Source: a virus (lineage: Duplodnaviria; Caudoviricetes). From it: a stretch of 64,000 nt of DNA. The stretch is from IMG/VR virus record IMGVR_UViG_3300042539_001740; one strand, given 5' to 3'. The notes under the pieces are model-generated. The model searched no databases, had not been told where the DNA came from, and saw only the letters and a program-made list of their open reading frames with translations. This document shows positions 40,499 to 49,899 of the stretch, piece by piece. Numbering within the stretch: position 1 is the first letter of the stretch; every line of letters starts with the position of its first letter. The position numbers and the translations under genes were made by a program.

Positions 40499-41629
40499 AT
40501 GGGTTCATTTAGTTTATCAGGGGGTGTTGAGGTTTTTGGTTTTATTTCTCCGAGTGATACAACGGATACATATCCGGTGATAGACCCCTTATATGGTATT
40601 GATGGATTAAGAAATGTTGATTTATTAAGTGATTTAAATAACATACCAACTTTGAGAAGAAGAGCTGGTATGGTTGTGGGTATAGGTGGAGGTACGACCT
40701 ATTATAAATTAAACTTACCACCTTGGACAAATACATTATCTGATTGGTCTATTTTTAATTCAGGTGGTGGTAGTGGAACATTTACTGGTGGTACTGTGTC
40801 AGGTGCGACTATTTTTTTGGATGGACTAACAGCAAATACAATAAGTGGAGGAACTTTTTTTGGGGATGGAAGTGGTTTAAGTGGATTGACTGATACATAT
40901 GTGACTGGTGCAACATTTAGTGGAACATCGTTAATCATTTCCCAAAATGAGAATCAACCCAACATAACAGCAACTTTATCATCAATATCATTATCTGGTG
41001 CATTATCTTCAATAACATTCAATATTGTTTCAACAGCAGGAATTTCGGCTTCAACAATATCTGCAACAACATATCAAAATTTACCACGAGATGTTTTTGT
41101 AACTGGCGGTACATTTAGTGGTGGAAGTATTGTTTTTACAAATAATACTGGGGGAACATTCAATGTTTCAGGTATTTCTTCTTTTGATACATTTGTTACT
41201 GGATTTACATATTCTAATAATACATTCACAATATCAAGGAATAGTGGTTCAACTCTAACCGCAAGTATTAATAGTGTCACAGGTTGGACAGTAAATGGTA
41301 ATACAAGTATTACTGGGAATTTAATTGTAACGGGAACATCCGCTTTGAATGGTACTATTTCTTCATCAGGATTGGCTGGTTCAACAGATAGAATGGTTCA
41401 AGTTAATTCAGGTGGTACTATTTCAGCAAGTGCCGATATTATACCAGCATATATAACTTCAGGTGGAACTATTGCCAATTTATTAGATGACACAAATAAT
41501 TGGGATATAAATGGAAATTACATTGGGTCAATTATAACGGGAACATTTCAAGGACAAAAACATTACAATAACAATTATTTTTTTGAAGCAGTTGCTGATA
41601 ATCTCTTTATTAGATTTATTAGAGGATAA
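40499..41629 (+). CDS. Tail-fibre-like Gly/Thr-rich protein
   Basis: RRRAGMVV N-terminal motif shared with 49899-52997; VTGGTF repeats. Confidence 0.65.
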   Translation: MGSFSLSGGVEVFGFISPSDTTDTYPVIDPLYGIDGLRNVDLLSDLNNIPTLRRRAGMVVGIGGGTTYYKLNLPPWTNTLSDWSIFNSGGGSGTFTGGTVSGATIFLDGLTANTISGGTFFGDGSGLSGLTDTYVTGATFSGTSLIISQNENQPNITATLSSISLSGALSSITFNIVSTAGISASTISATTYQNLPRDVFVTGGTFSGGSIVFTNNTGGTFNVSGISSFDTFVTGFTYSNNTFTISRNSGSTLTASINSVTGWTVNGNTSITGNLIVTGTSALNGTISSSGLAGSTDRMVQVNSGGTISASADIIPAYITSGGTIANLLDDTNNWDINGNYIGSIITGTFQGQKHYNNNYFFEAVADNLFIRFIRG

Positions 41630-42465
41630 TGATTGTAAAATATGGAAATAATGTTACAAGTTTTAATAATAGGTTTCTTAATTTTCAAAGTGTAATTACC
41701 CAACCCTATTTGCAATTAAATACAATTGCCACTTATCTTCGTAATTATATGTCGGATTTTAGAAATCCAAGTTTTTATACATATAGATTGGATGGTACTG
41801 GATTTTACATATTAGATGGAGGTGGTGATATGTTTGACCAAGGAAATATTACAACACCTTGGTTATCAACCGGACTTTCTTATACAGGAAGTGCTGCTTA
41901 TTCACTTGCTGCTTATCCATCTGCAATTACTTATACAAATTCAGCAACAACAATAATTGACACTGATTTTTACTATATTTCATTAGGTTACACACAATAT
42001 ACCACAACTCAAGACCCAACCTATCTCCCTTTAACTATTATAGGTACTAGAAGTAATTCAGGAAAACCTATTGGGTGGCAAATCGGTGGAAATTCAGGTG
42101 CTGATGGTGGTGGTACATTAGCATCAGGATTAATTTATAACGGAACAATTTTAAGTGGATTCACAACATACGCATTTTTTAGGGAAACATATAACACCAC
42201 AGACCCTTCACATTGTAATTTATACATTTTATTGGGACATAGTAATTGGGGTTCCGTATTTGGTAATGCAATTAATTATGCGGCACAACCAGTTAATTTG
42301 GGTGGTTGTGGTGGATTTCTATATACATCAGGTGCAACGACATCAAACATATTATCAATACAAACTTTATTAAGTAAAAATAATGGGGTATTAGTTACAT
42401 CAGGAGAATGTCAAACTGTGGTTCAAAACTTTGTGATAAGAATAAAAGAAGCATTAAACTATTAA
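41629..42465 (+). CDS. Putative virion/fibre-associated protein
   Basis: ORF in the fibre operon. Confidence 0.65.
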   Translation: MIVKYGNNVTSFNNRFLNFQSVITQPYLQLNTIATYLRNYMSDFRNPSFYTYRLDGTGFYILDGGGDMFDQGNITTPWLSTGLSYTGSAAYSLAAYPSAITYTNSATTIIDTDFYYISLGYTQYTTTQDPTYLPLTIIGTRSNSGKPIGWQIGGNSGADGGGTLASGLIYNGTILSGFTTYAFFRETYNTTDPSHCNLYILLGHSNWGSVFGNAINYAAQPVNLGGCGGFLYTSGATTSNILSIQTLLSKNNGVLVTSGECQTVVQNFVIRIKEALNY

Positions 42466-42466
42466 T

Positions 42467-43249
42467 ATGATTATTACACACGAAGGTAAAATTGTTGATT
42501 TGGGTGGAGTACCAGTCGTGTTAGGTGTTGATGTACCACCAACACCTTCGATTACTCCAACTATAACACCAACATTAACTATTACACCTACACCAACACC
42601 AACTAGTGGTGCAACATCAGCATTAAGGTTATTGATTTTAGGTGATGCTCAAGTATCAACAGTGTCAGGACAAGTTTCAAATGAAATTGTTTCCCTTGGT
42701 TATCCAACACCAACAATTTCAGCTGTAACAATTTCAACAACCTATAGTGGTACTGGTTTAAGTTCAAGTAGTTGGGATGTTGTGTTGTACTACACCAACT
42801 CTTCACAAACTGGTGCCGTTACCTTGAACACTTCTTTGAGGAACTATGTTGATAGTGGTGGTAATTTAGTTGTTGGAACATTTATTTGGAATCTTAGGCC
42901 AATAGGTTTTGATTTTACCTTAACACCTTATGTTGGTACTGTGAATCAAAGTAGTGACTCAACTGGTAATATGACAGTAACAATAGTACATCCAATAACA
43001 ACAGGTGTGGGGACTGGTTTAACAACTAATAGTACAGTACAAAATAATTTGGTAACAACTTTACAAAGTGGTGCAAATACAATTGCTACATATACAACAT
43101 CAGGATATCCAATAATTGGTATTAATACAGTTGGAACAGCAAGATTAGTTGGTATTAACCTTTATTTCCCATCATATATTGCAACTCGTGCTAATTTAAG
43201 AAGATTAGTTACAAATGCTGTACTATGGGCGGGTAAAGTTTTGAATTAA
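42467..43249 (+). CDS. Putative virion protein with a Thr-Pro linker and an alpha/beta C-terminal domain
   Basis: PPTPSITPTITPT linker; LRNYVDSGGNLVV and LVTNAVLWA resemble a class I GATase/ThuA-like fold. Confidence 0.6.
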   Translation: MIITHEGKIVDLGGVPVVLGVDVPPTPSITPTITPTLTITPTPTPTSGATSALRLLILGDAQVSTVSGQVSNEIVSLGYPTPTISAVTISTTYSGTGLSSSSWDVVLYYTNSSQTGAVTLNTSLRNYVDSGGNLVVGTFIWNLRPIGFDFTLTPYVGTVNQSSDSTGNMTVTIVHPITTGVGTGLTTNSTVQNNLVTTLQSGANTIATYTTSGYPIIGINTVGTARLVGINLYFPSYIATRANLRRLVTNAVLWAGKVLN

Positions 43250-43264
43250 CAATATTTATAAAGT

Positions 43265-45289
43265 ATGAGTGCAACACCTAATGTAAGAGGAGAAAAAATT
43301 TTTGGTTCAATAACTGGTATTACCTTATTTTCGGCAACGACAATAAGTGGTGGAACTTTATATGGTGATGGTAGTAACTTAACTGGAATTGTTGGTGGTT
43401 CAGGTACTTCAATAACTGGAGGTACATTTTCAAATGGAAATTTAACACTAAATAATAGTACTGGTGGTACAATTGTTATTTCAGGTTCTGCCCCATATAA
43501 TGCAGGTTTGATAACAAATGCAACAGGATGGACTGATAATAATAATGGAACTCTAACTTTACCTCAAGTTACCGTTGCATTATACAATAATTCAAATTTC
43601 ATTGAACCATTAAAAGTTTATATAGTTCCAAGTGGGACAACTGGAAGTGGTGGAATACCAAGTTTATTTGATGAAGACACAAGTTATGTGGTTATTGAAT
43701 ATAATGGAGGTAGTCCAAGATATTATGTTTATGATAATGATTCTGTAATCACCGATAGTGATGTTGTGTTATTTATGATAACCTACAGAAGTGGTAATTT
43801 TGTGCATGTTTTAGAATTTGATAACTATGGAGCAGGATTACCAAATAAGATAAATGATAGAATTTTATCAACTGATAGATTTGCAAGAGAATCAGGATTT
43901 TCATTGGGCTTGAGTGGTTCGACTGGTGTCGTTACATTATCTGCAGGTGTTGCATGGAATGGGGTCTATCGTCAAGCATTACCCCAACTTAATTCTCAAG
44001 ATGATATATTTTTTCAAAGTTTTCATAGTGGTGGAACTTGGGTTTATACAACAACTGCTAATACTCTGAATAACGAATATTATGACGATGGTACAGATAA
44101 GGTTTTGGCTACAGCTGGTAAGTATTTGGTGAATTGGTATTTCAGGGGGCAAGAAGTGAATGACCACTTATATGAAGTTTGGGGTAATGATGAATATGAT
44201 AGTGTTGCAGAAGCTCAATTATCAGTAGAACCAAGTTTACCCGAATTAGTTACATCTCATGCCTTCTTAACAGGAAGAATAATTGTACAAGTTAGTGCAA
44301 CAACTGGTTCAGTTGAGAGTGCTTTCGTTAGTGTATTTCAATCAACACAAGTTACCGCACATAACGATTTAAATGCAATTCAAGGAGGTAGTGCTGGAGA
44401 ATATTTTCACTTAACTTCAACACAATATTCAAACAATGCTTACACAAATGTTGATAATATTTTTTCAGTTGGTCAGACAATTAATGGTGGTGTAACCGCA
44501 ACAACCTACTATGGTAGTGGTGCAAACTTATCAGGTTTGACTGATGTATTTGTAACTGGGGGAACATATTCAAACGGAGATATTTTATTTAGAAATAATA
44601 CTGGTGGAACATTTAATGTAAGTGGACTTACTCAAGGTACTTTAACAGGTACTGGTGTTACGAATTATTTAGCTAAATGGAATGGTGTTAACGAATTAAT
44701 TGATAGTCAAATTATTGATGATGGTACTGATATAACTTTTGGTGGGAATAGTGTAACTTTTACGGCAGATGTTAATATCAGTGGTACTACAATTATTGAT
44801 GATGATGTTATCATTTACAACGGATTAACCGCAAGTACAATCTCTGCAACCACTTATCAGAATTTACCAACGGATGTTTTTGTTACAGGTGGAACTTATT
44901 CAAATGGTACAACAACATTCACAAATAACACAGGAGGTACATTCAATGTATCAGGATTTTTTACTGGTTATACTAATGTCGTTAATTCTTTAACAACTGG
45001 TGTAGGTCTGTCTGCAAATACAACATCAGGTAATGTAACAATTATTAATACAGCACCTGACCAAACTATAACATTAAGTGGTGGAACTGGTATTACAACA
45101 GGTGGGACTTATCCAAACTTTACCATTACCAATTCATTACCAGACCAAACTGTGACATTAAGTGGTGGTACAAATATATCTGTAACAGGTACTTATCCAA
45201 ATTTCGATATCAGTTTTACAGGTTCAACAACATCAACATTTGATTATGGAAAAACTTACGCAATATCAAATAGTTATCAATTAATATAA
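43265..45289 (+). CDS. Tail-fibre-like protein (674 aa)
   Basis: Gly/Thr-rich repeats shared with neighbouring fibres; TATTTAT motif at 43253-43259. Confidence 0.7.
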   Translation: MSATPNVRGEKIFGSITGITLFSATTISGGTLYGDGSNLTGIVGGSGTSITGGTFSNGNLTLNNSTGGTIVISGSAPYNAGLITNATGWTDNNNGTLTLPQVTVALYNNSNFIEPLKVYIVPSGTTGSGGIPSLFDEDTSYVVIEYNGGSPRYYVYDNDSVITDSDVVLFMITYRSGNFVHVLEFDNYGAGLPNKINDRILSTDRFARESGFSLGLSGSTGVVTLSAGVAWNGVYRQALPQLNSQDDIFFQSFHSGGTWVYTTTANTLNNEYYDDGTDKVLATAGKYLVNWYFRGQEVNDHLYEVWGNDEYDSVAEAQLSVEPSLPELVTSHAFLTGRIIVQVSATTGSVESAFVSVFQSTQVTAHNDLNAIQGGSAGEYFHLTSTQYSNNAYTNVDNIFSVGQTINGGVTATTYYGSGANLSGLTDVFVTGGTYSNGDILFRNNTGGTFNVSGLTQGTLTGTGVTNYLAKWNGVNELIDSQIIDDGTDITFGGNSVTFTADVNISGTTIIDDDVIIYNGLTASTISATTYQNLPTDVFVTGGTYSNGTTTFTNNTGGTFNVSGFFTGYTNVVNSLTTGVGLSANTTSGNVTIINTAPDQTITLSGGTGITTGGTYPNFTITNSLPDQTVTLSGGTNISVTGTYPNFDISFTGSTTSTFDYGKTYAISNSYQLI

Positions 45290-45301
45290 AAATATAAAAA
45301 T

Positions 45302-45721
45302 ATGCCAGCAAATACATCACCAATTTTTACACTAACACCAAAAATACAATGGGCTGATGCAATGACATCAGCTAATACCACAAAAGATTTAACATCAGGC
45401 ACAATTTATCCTGTATTTACGGGTGGAACTAACGGAAGTTATGTTCAGAGAATAAGATTTAGAACTTTGGGTCAAAATCTTGCCGCAACAGTAGGTAGGG
45501 TATGGATTAACAATGGTGGAACAACCGGTACTGCAACAAACAATAATCTATGGGATGAAATAACATTACCAACAACAGCAGCATCTGAGGTTGCAGCACA
45601 ATCGACTTATGAATTACCTTTGAATTTTGCCTTACCCGCAAATTATGTAATTTATGTAACTTTGGGTACGGCACCTAATGCTGCAGGTTGGGATGCAACC
45701 ATAATCGGTGGTGATTACTAA
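45302..45721 (+). CDS. Small beta-rich virion protein
   Basis: ORF directly after the fibre gene. Confidence 0.7.
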   Translation: MPANTSPIFTLTPKIQWADAMTSANTTKDLTSGTIYPVFTGGTNGSYVQRIRFRTLGQNLAATVGRVWINNGGTTGTATNNNLWDEITLPTTAASEVAAQSTYELPLNFALPANYVIYVTLGTAPNAAGWDATIIGGDY

Positions 45722-45732
45722 AAAAATTAATT

Positions 45733-45906
45733 ATGTACATATACGCACTATGTGAGTTTAACTATGGTTATGAAGGTCAATTTTATCAAAGAAATGATGA
45801 GTTTGGTAATACCGCTTTCTTTAGTTTGGTTGGTGACCCTTTGGATTTAGTTTCACCTTATGGATACTTTATAGTTGAAACAAATGTAATTCCACCTTGG
45901 GCTTAA
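45733..45906 (+). CDS. Small protein (57 aa, MYIYALCEFNYGY...PPWA), not in the ORF track
   Basis: Fills the gap between 45721 and 45917 with an AT-rich leader. Confidence 0.7.
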   Translation: MYIYALCEFNYGYEGQFYQRNDEFGNTAFFSLVGDPLDLVSPYGYFIVETNVIPPWA

Positions 45907-45916
45907 ATAATAATTT

Positions 45917-46816
45917 ATGATTGATTATAATAACCTCCCCAATTTAGACAATAGTGTTGCTATATTTTACGCTATTGGTTCGAGTACTTGGCAAACTTGG
46001 CAAAAACCAAGGGGTTGTAAGTTTGTATATATGCTCGTCATCGGTGGTGGGGCTGGAGGTGGTGGAGGTCAATCAGGTACTGGTGTCGGAAGAACTGGTG
46101 GTGGTGGAGGTGGGTCTTCGGGTATGAACAAAGGTATGTTTATGGCTAATACACTACCTGATATTGTATACATCAATGTTGGTTATGGTGGGGCTGGTGG
46201 AACACCAAATAGTAACGGAAGTGCTGGTAGTATTTCATATGTATCAGTTTTACCTGATACTACAAGTGTGAATGTTTTACTATATAGTAATTCCACCACA
46301 CCTGGTGGAGGTGCTGCTGCAGGTACTCTTGGAGGTACTGGTGGTGCACCTACAGCGGCAAATCAAATCTTGGGTTATTCAGGTGTCAATTTATTTGGTG
46401 CAGGTCAAAATGGTACAAGTGGTGGGTCTAATGCAGGAGGTAATGGTACGGCTTTAGCACCAACTTCTCCATTATGTGGTGGGTCTGGTGGAGGTGGGTC
46501 AAGTGCCGCAAACGCAAATGGAACTGGTGGTAATGTGAATACAGGTGGTGTTTTTCCTACATTATCAGGTGGAGCAGCGGGTGGCACAAATAGAGGAACT
46601 GATGGATTTACAGGTTCTTTTCCAAATAAATCAAATGTTTTAAGAAACGCCTTTATTTTTACTGGTGGTTCGGGTGGGGGAGCAAATGGTGCTGGTATAG
46701 GGGGTGATGGTGGTAATGGAGCTTTCGGTTGTGGAGGTGGTGGTGGAGGTGCTGGGACTACTGGTGGTTCAGGTGGAAGAGGTGGTGATGGTTTAGTAAT
46801 AATTATATCTTGGTAA
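45917..46816 (+). CDS. Glycine-rich protein, paralogue 1 (adhesin-like)
   Basis: WQTWQKPRGCKF..IGGGAGGGG ... GGRGGDGLVIIISW. Confidence 0.8.
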   Translation: MIDYNNLPNLDNSVAIFYAIGSSTWQTWQKPRGCKFVYMLVIGGGAGGGGGQSGTGVGRTGGGGGGSSGMNKGMFMANTLPDIVYINVGYGGAGGTPNSNGSAGSISYVSVLPDTTSVNVLLYSNSTTPGGGAAAGTLGGTGGAPTAANQILGYSGVNLFGAGQNGTSGGSNAGGNGTALAPTSPLCGGSGGGGSSAANANGTGGNVNTGGVFPTLSGGAAGGTNRGTDGFTGSFPNKSNVLRNAFIFTGGSGGGANGAGIGGDGGNGAFGCGGGGGGAGTTGGSGGRGGDGLVIIISW

Positions 46817-46817
46817 T

Positions 46818-47708
46818 ATGTTAGATTTATTTCATTTAGCCGATACAACTTATAATACTCAAGTATTTTATAGAACAGGCCCTTGGGAAACTTGGATTAA
46901 ACCTAAAGGTTGTAAATTCATACACTTCTTTGTATTAGGAGGTGGTGCTGGTGGTGCTGGTGGATTGACAGGTATTGCCGGAACTAATAGAAATGGTGGT
47001 GGTGGAGGTGGTAGTAGTGCCCTAACAACACTATTAATTCCCGCTTTTTTTGTCCCTGAAAGATTACATATTTTAATAGGTCCAGGTGGTGCTGGTGGGG
47101 CTGCGTCATCGAATGGTACTGCGGGAACTGTTACTTATGTTGGAATAAATAATGTTACAACATTTGTCCAAAATCATCTAATTATTAGTAGCTCGAGTAA
47201 TAATACCGGTGGGAATTCAAATGCTGCTGCAGGTACTGGTAATAATCCTAATACCGTAGCTAATAGTGTATTGATGGGTATGGGTATTTTTAATTCTATC
47301 GGTGGTGTTAATGGTTCTGTTGGGGGTTCTTTTGGAGCAGGAACAAATATTACAATATCAAGACCAACAACTGGTGGTGCAGGTGGTGGGGGTTTAACTA
47401 CAGCTAATGTTCAAGCCGTTGGTGGTAATATAACTGGAGCAGGGTTTATCCCCACGATAAGTGGTGGAGCTGTTGGTGGATTTAATGGTGGTGCGGGATT
47501 TAATCAATTTAATCCCTCATCGATACTATCAAGTTCTTCACCTTTATTTTTTACAGGTGGTGCTGGTGGTGGTTCGAATGCAAGTGGTACTGGTGGTAAT
47601 GGTGGAGATGGTGGATGGGGTTGTGGCGGAGGTGGTGGAGGGGGTGGACTCACTGGTGGAAGAGGGGGTAGAGGTGGCGATGGTTTAGTAATAATAACTT
47701 GTTGGTAA
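46818..47708 (+). CDS. Glycine-rich protein, paralogue 2
   Basis: WETWIKPKGCKF..LGGGAGG ... GGRGGDGLVIITCW. Confidence 0.8.
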   Translation: MLDLFHLADTTYNTQVFYRTGPWETWIKPKGCKFIHFFVLGGGAGGAGGLTGIAGTNRNGGGGGGSSALTTLLIPAFFVPERLHILIGPGGAGGAASSNGTAGTVTYVGINNVTTFVQNHLIISSSSNNTGGNSNAAAGTGNNPNTVANSVLMGMGIFNSIGGVNGSVGGSFGAGTNITISRPTTGGAGGGGLTTANVQAVGGNITGAGFIPTISGGAVGGFNGGAGFNQFNPSSILSSSSPLFFTGGAGGGSNASGTGGNGGDGGWGCGGGGGGGGLTGGRGGRGGDGLVIITCW

Positions 47709-47712
47709 TAAT

Positions 47713-48633
47713 ATGATAGATAATTTTAATTTACCTAATAATGATAAGAATGTTCAATCATTCTATGGGATAGGTTCGGCTGTTTGGCAAACTTGGCAAA
47801 AACCGAATGGTTGTAAGTTTATGCAAATGATTGTCATCGGTGGAGGTGGAGGAGGTGGTGCGGGTGCTACAAGTATTGCTGGTAGTGCTAGGTCAGGTGG
47901 TGCTGGTGGTGGTGCTTCGGCAATAAGTCGAGCTTTTGGTACACTTTCAACTATTCCTGATACACTTTATATTTTAGTTGGTATGGGGGGTACTGGTGGG
48001 TTACCTACGGCAGGAGCTGGAGGTAATGGTACTGTAGGTACTTTATCGTATGTTAGTGTACAACCAAATACAACAACATCAAATATAATTTTAGCAAGTG
48101 GAGCTGCCGCAGCAGGGGCAGGTAATGGTGGAGCTGTCGGTAGTTCTAATGCTACCGCAGGTAGTGCTGGTACAGTATTTCTTCAGACCGCAGGATTTCT
48201 TAGTTATAATTTTTTGGTATCTTTGATAGCTGGACAATTAGGGGGAAGTGGAGGTAACCAAAATCAATCAGGTACTGCAGTATCTTTGACTAATATCGTT
48301 TCAGGTGGTGCAGGTGGAGCTGGTGTATCAACAACTTCTCGTGTTGGTGCGAATGTAACAGGTTCAGGATTTGTCTCAACAATAAACGGAGGTAATCCAA
48401 CCAACCCATCTGAAGCTGATAGCGGATTCTCATCATATAATGAGCAATTAATCAATATGCCATATAATTTGTTTTTCACAGGTGGTGCTGGAGGATACGC
48501 TAATAATACTACCGCTGGAGGTATTGGAGGAAATGGTGCGTATGGTTCAGGTGGTGGAGGTGGTGGTGCTGGAACTACTGGAGGAAGAGGTGGAAATGGA
48601 GGGGATGGTTTAGTTATAATAACTTGTTGGTAA
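47713..48633 (+). CDS. Glycine-rich protein, paralogue 3
   Basis: WQTWQKPNGCKF..IGGGGGG ... GGNGGDGLVIITCW. Confidence 0.8.
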   Translation: MIDNFNLPNNDKNVQSFYGIGSAVWQTWQKPNGCKFMQMIVIGGGGGGGAGATSIAGSARSGGAGGGASAISRAFGTLSTIPDTLYILVGMGGTGGLPTAGAGGNGTVGTLSYVSVQPNTTTSNIILASGAAAAGAGNGGAVGSSNATAGSAGTVFLQTAGFLSYNFLVSLIAGQLGGSGGNQNQSGTAVSLTNIVSGGAGGAGVSTTSRVGANVTGSGFVSTINGGNPTNPSEADSGFSSYNEQLINMPYNLFFTGGAGGYANNTTAGGIGGNGAYGSGGGGGGAGTTGGRGGNGGDGLVIITCW

Positions 48634-48645
48634 TATTTATCCTAT

Positions 48646-49899
48646 ATGCCACATCAAATAAGTATATCAGCAACAACTGGGACACCCCCATATCAAGTCA
48701 TAGTTTGTGATGTAACATTAATCTATTGTTATACACTAACTGGCTCAACATCATTATCGGCAACAACAACTTTTGATATTCCATCACCTTTAGATGTTGC
48801 GGATAGTATAATTATTAAAGTTATTGATAGTAACGGATGTGAAACATTTTTACCATATAGTTGTCCTGTAACACCGACACCTACTCCAACAATTACACCT
48901 ACACCAAGTTCGACACCAACTGATTTATGTAGATGTATTCAAATAACGAATACTGGAACAACTGGTGGAACTTTTTATTATACACAATGTGATGGAACAA
49001 TTACAAGTGTATTACCAATCAACTCAGGTACAACATTATATTATTGTGGTAGTAATCCAATTGCTTTGACTGAATGTGATATTTTTATTGGTGATGTTTG
49101 TGTAAACAATAGTTGTGTTGCAATCACACCTACACCAACACCAACGATTTCATTAACCCCAAGTGTAACACCAAGTATAACACCAACAATAAGTGTAACA
49201 CCAACAATTTCAGTAACTCCGAGTATAACACCTACAATAAGTGTAACACCAACTATAACACCAACAATAACTCCAACAATAAGTGTAACACCAAGTATTA
49301 CACCATCTGTTACACCAACATCATCTCCATTACCTTCAACATTTGCTTATTTGTTTATTGAACCAATAAGTGCCGCAACAAGTATTGGTAACTATATGTT
49401 TGGTAATGGAGCTCCACAATTCTTTGGTTTCAGTAATACAAGTCAACCAAGTTCAAGTGCAACGACATTTAATACTGAGATGAACTTGTATGTTAATTAT
49501 AGTGGTTGGACAAATGGTGAATTACCAACGATTATAACATCCAATGTACCACAAACAACTGGTGGTGTAGATAGTTTCGGTAATACAAAAATAGCATACA
49601 ATTTTGAAACGACAGAAATACTTCAAAATACAATATTAGACCAAGCTTGGTACACTTGGATTATACCAATTGTTTTAACAAATAATCAATCTCAATTAGA
49701 TATTGATTTAAGTTTAGGTAATCCGAATGTATTTAGTAATGTGTTAACAGAATCAACAATTAGAACAAATACATTTACATATACTGGTTCAACAATACCA
49801 TCAGTAACTTATAGGGTATATACAACATATCCAGCTGGTGATTTCTTAATAGATAATCAAACGACAGATATATATTTTAAAGGAGGTAGTGTAGGCTAA
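48646..49899 (+). CDS. Virion protein with two Thr-Pro tracts and a Cys-containing module
   Basis: ORF translation; TATTTAT motif at 48634-48640. Confidence 0.75.
   Translation: MPHQISISATTGTPPYQVIVCDVTLIYCYTLTGSTSLSATTTFDIPSPLDVADSIIIKVIDSNGCETFLPYSCPVTPTPTPTITPTPSSTPTDLCRCIQITNTGTTGGTFYYTQCDGTITSVLPINSGTTLYYCGSNPIALTECDIFIGDVCVNNSCVAITPTPTPTISLTPSVTPSITPTISVTPTISVTPSITPTISVTPTITPTITPTISVTPSITPSVTPTSSPLPSTFAYLFIEPISAATSIGNYMFGNGAPQFFGFSNTSQPSSSATTFNTEMNLYVNYSGWTNGELPTIITSNVPQTTGGVDSFGNTKIAYNFETTEILQNTILDQAWYTWIIPIVLTNNQSQLDIDLSLGNPNVFSNVLTESTIRTNTFTYTGSTIPSVTYRVYTTYPAGDFLIDNQTTDIYFKGGSVG
49126..49329 (+). repeat. Coding (I/V)TP(T/S) tandem repeat
   Basis: ACACCAACAATAAGTGTA-type units. Confidence 0.9.

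Noticed and set aside
45917-48633. Possible diversity-generating retroelement (similar 3' ends of Gly-rich genes)
   Set aside because: No reverse transcriptase in the window, and the differences are not adenine-specific; ordinary paralogy
39733-49329. Possible CRISPR-like or regulatory DNA repeats
   Set aside because: The repeats are in-frame, degenerate at synonymous sites and have no unique spacers
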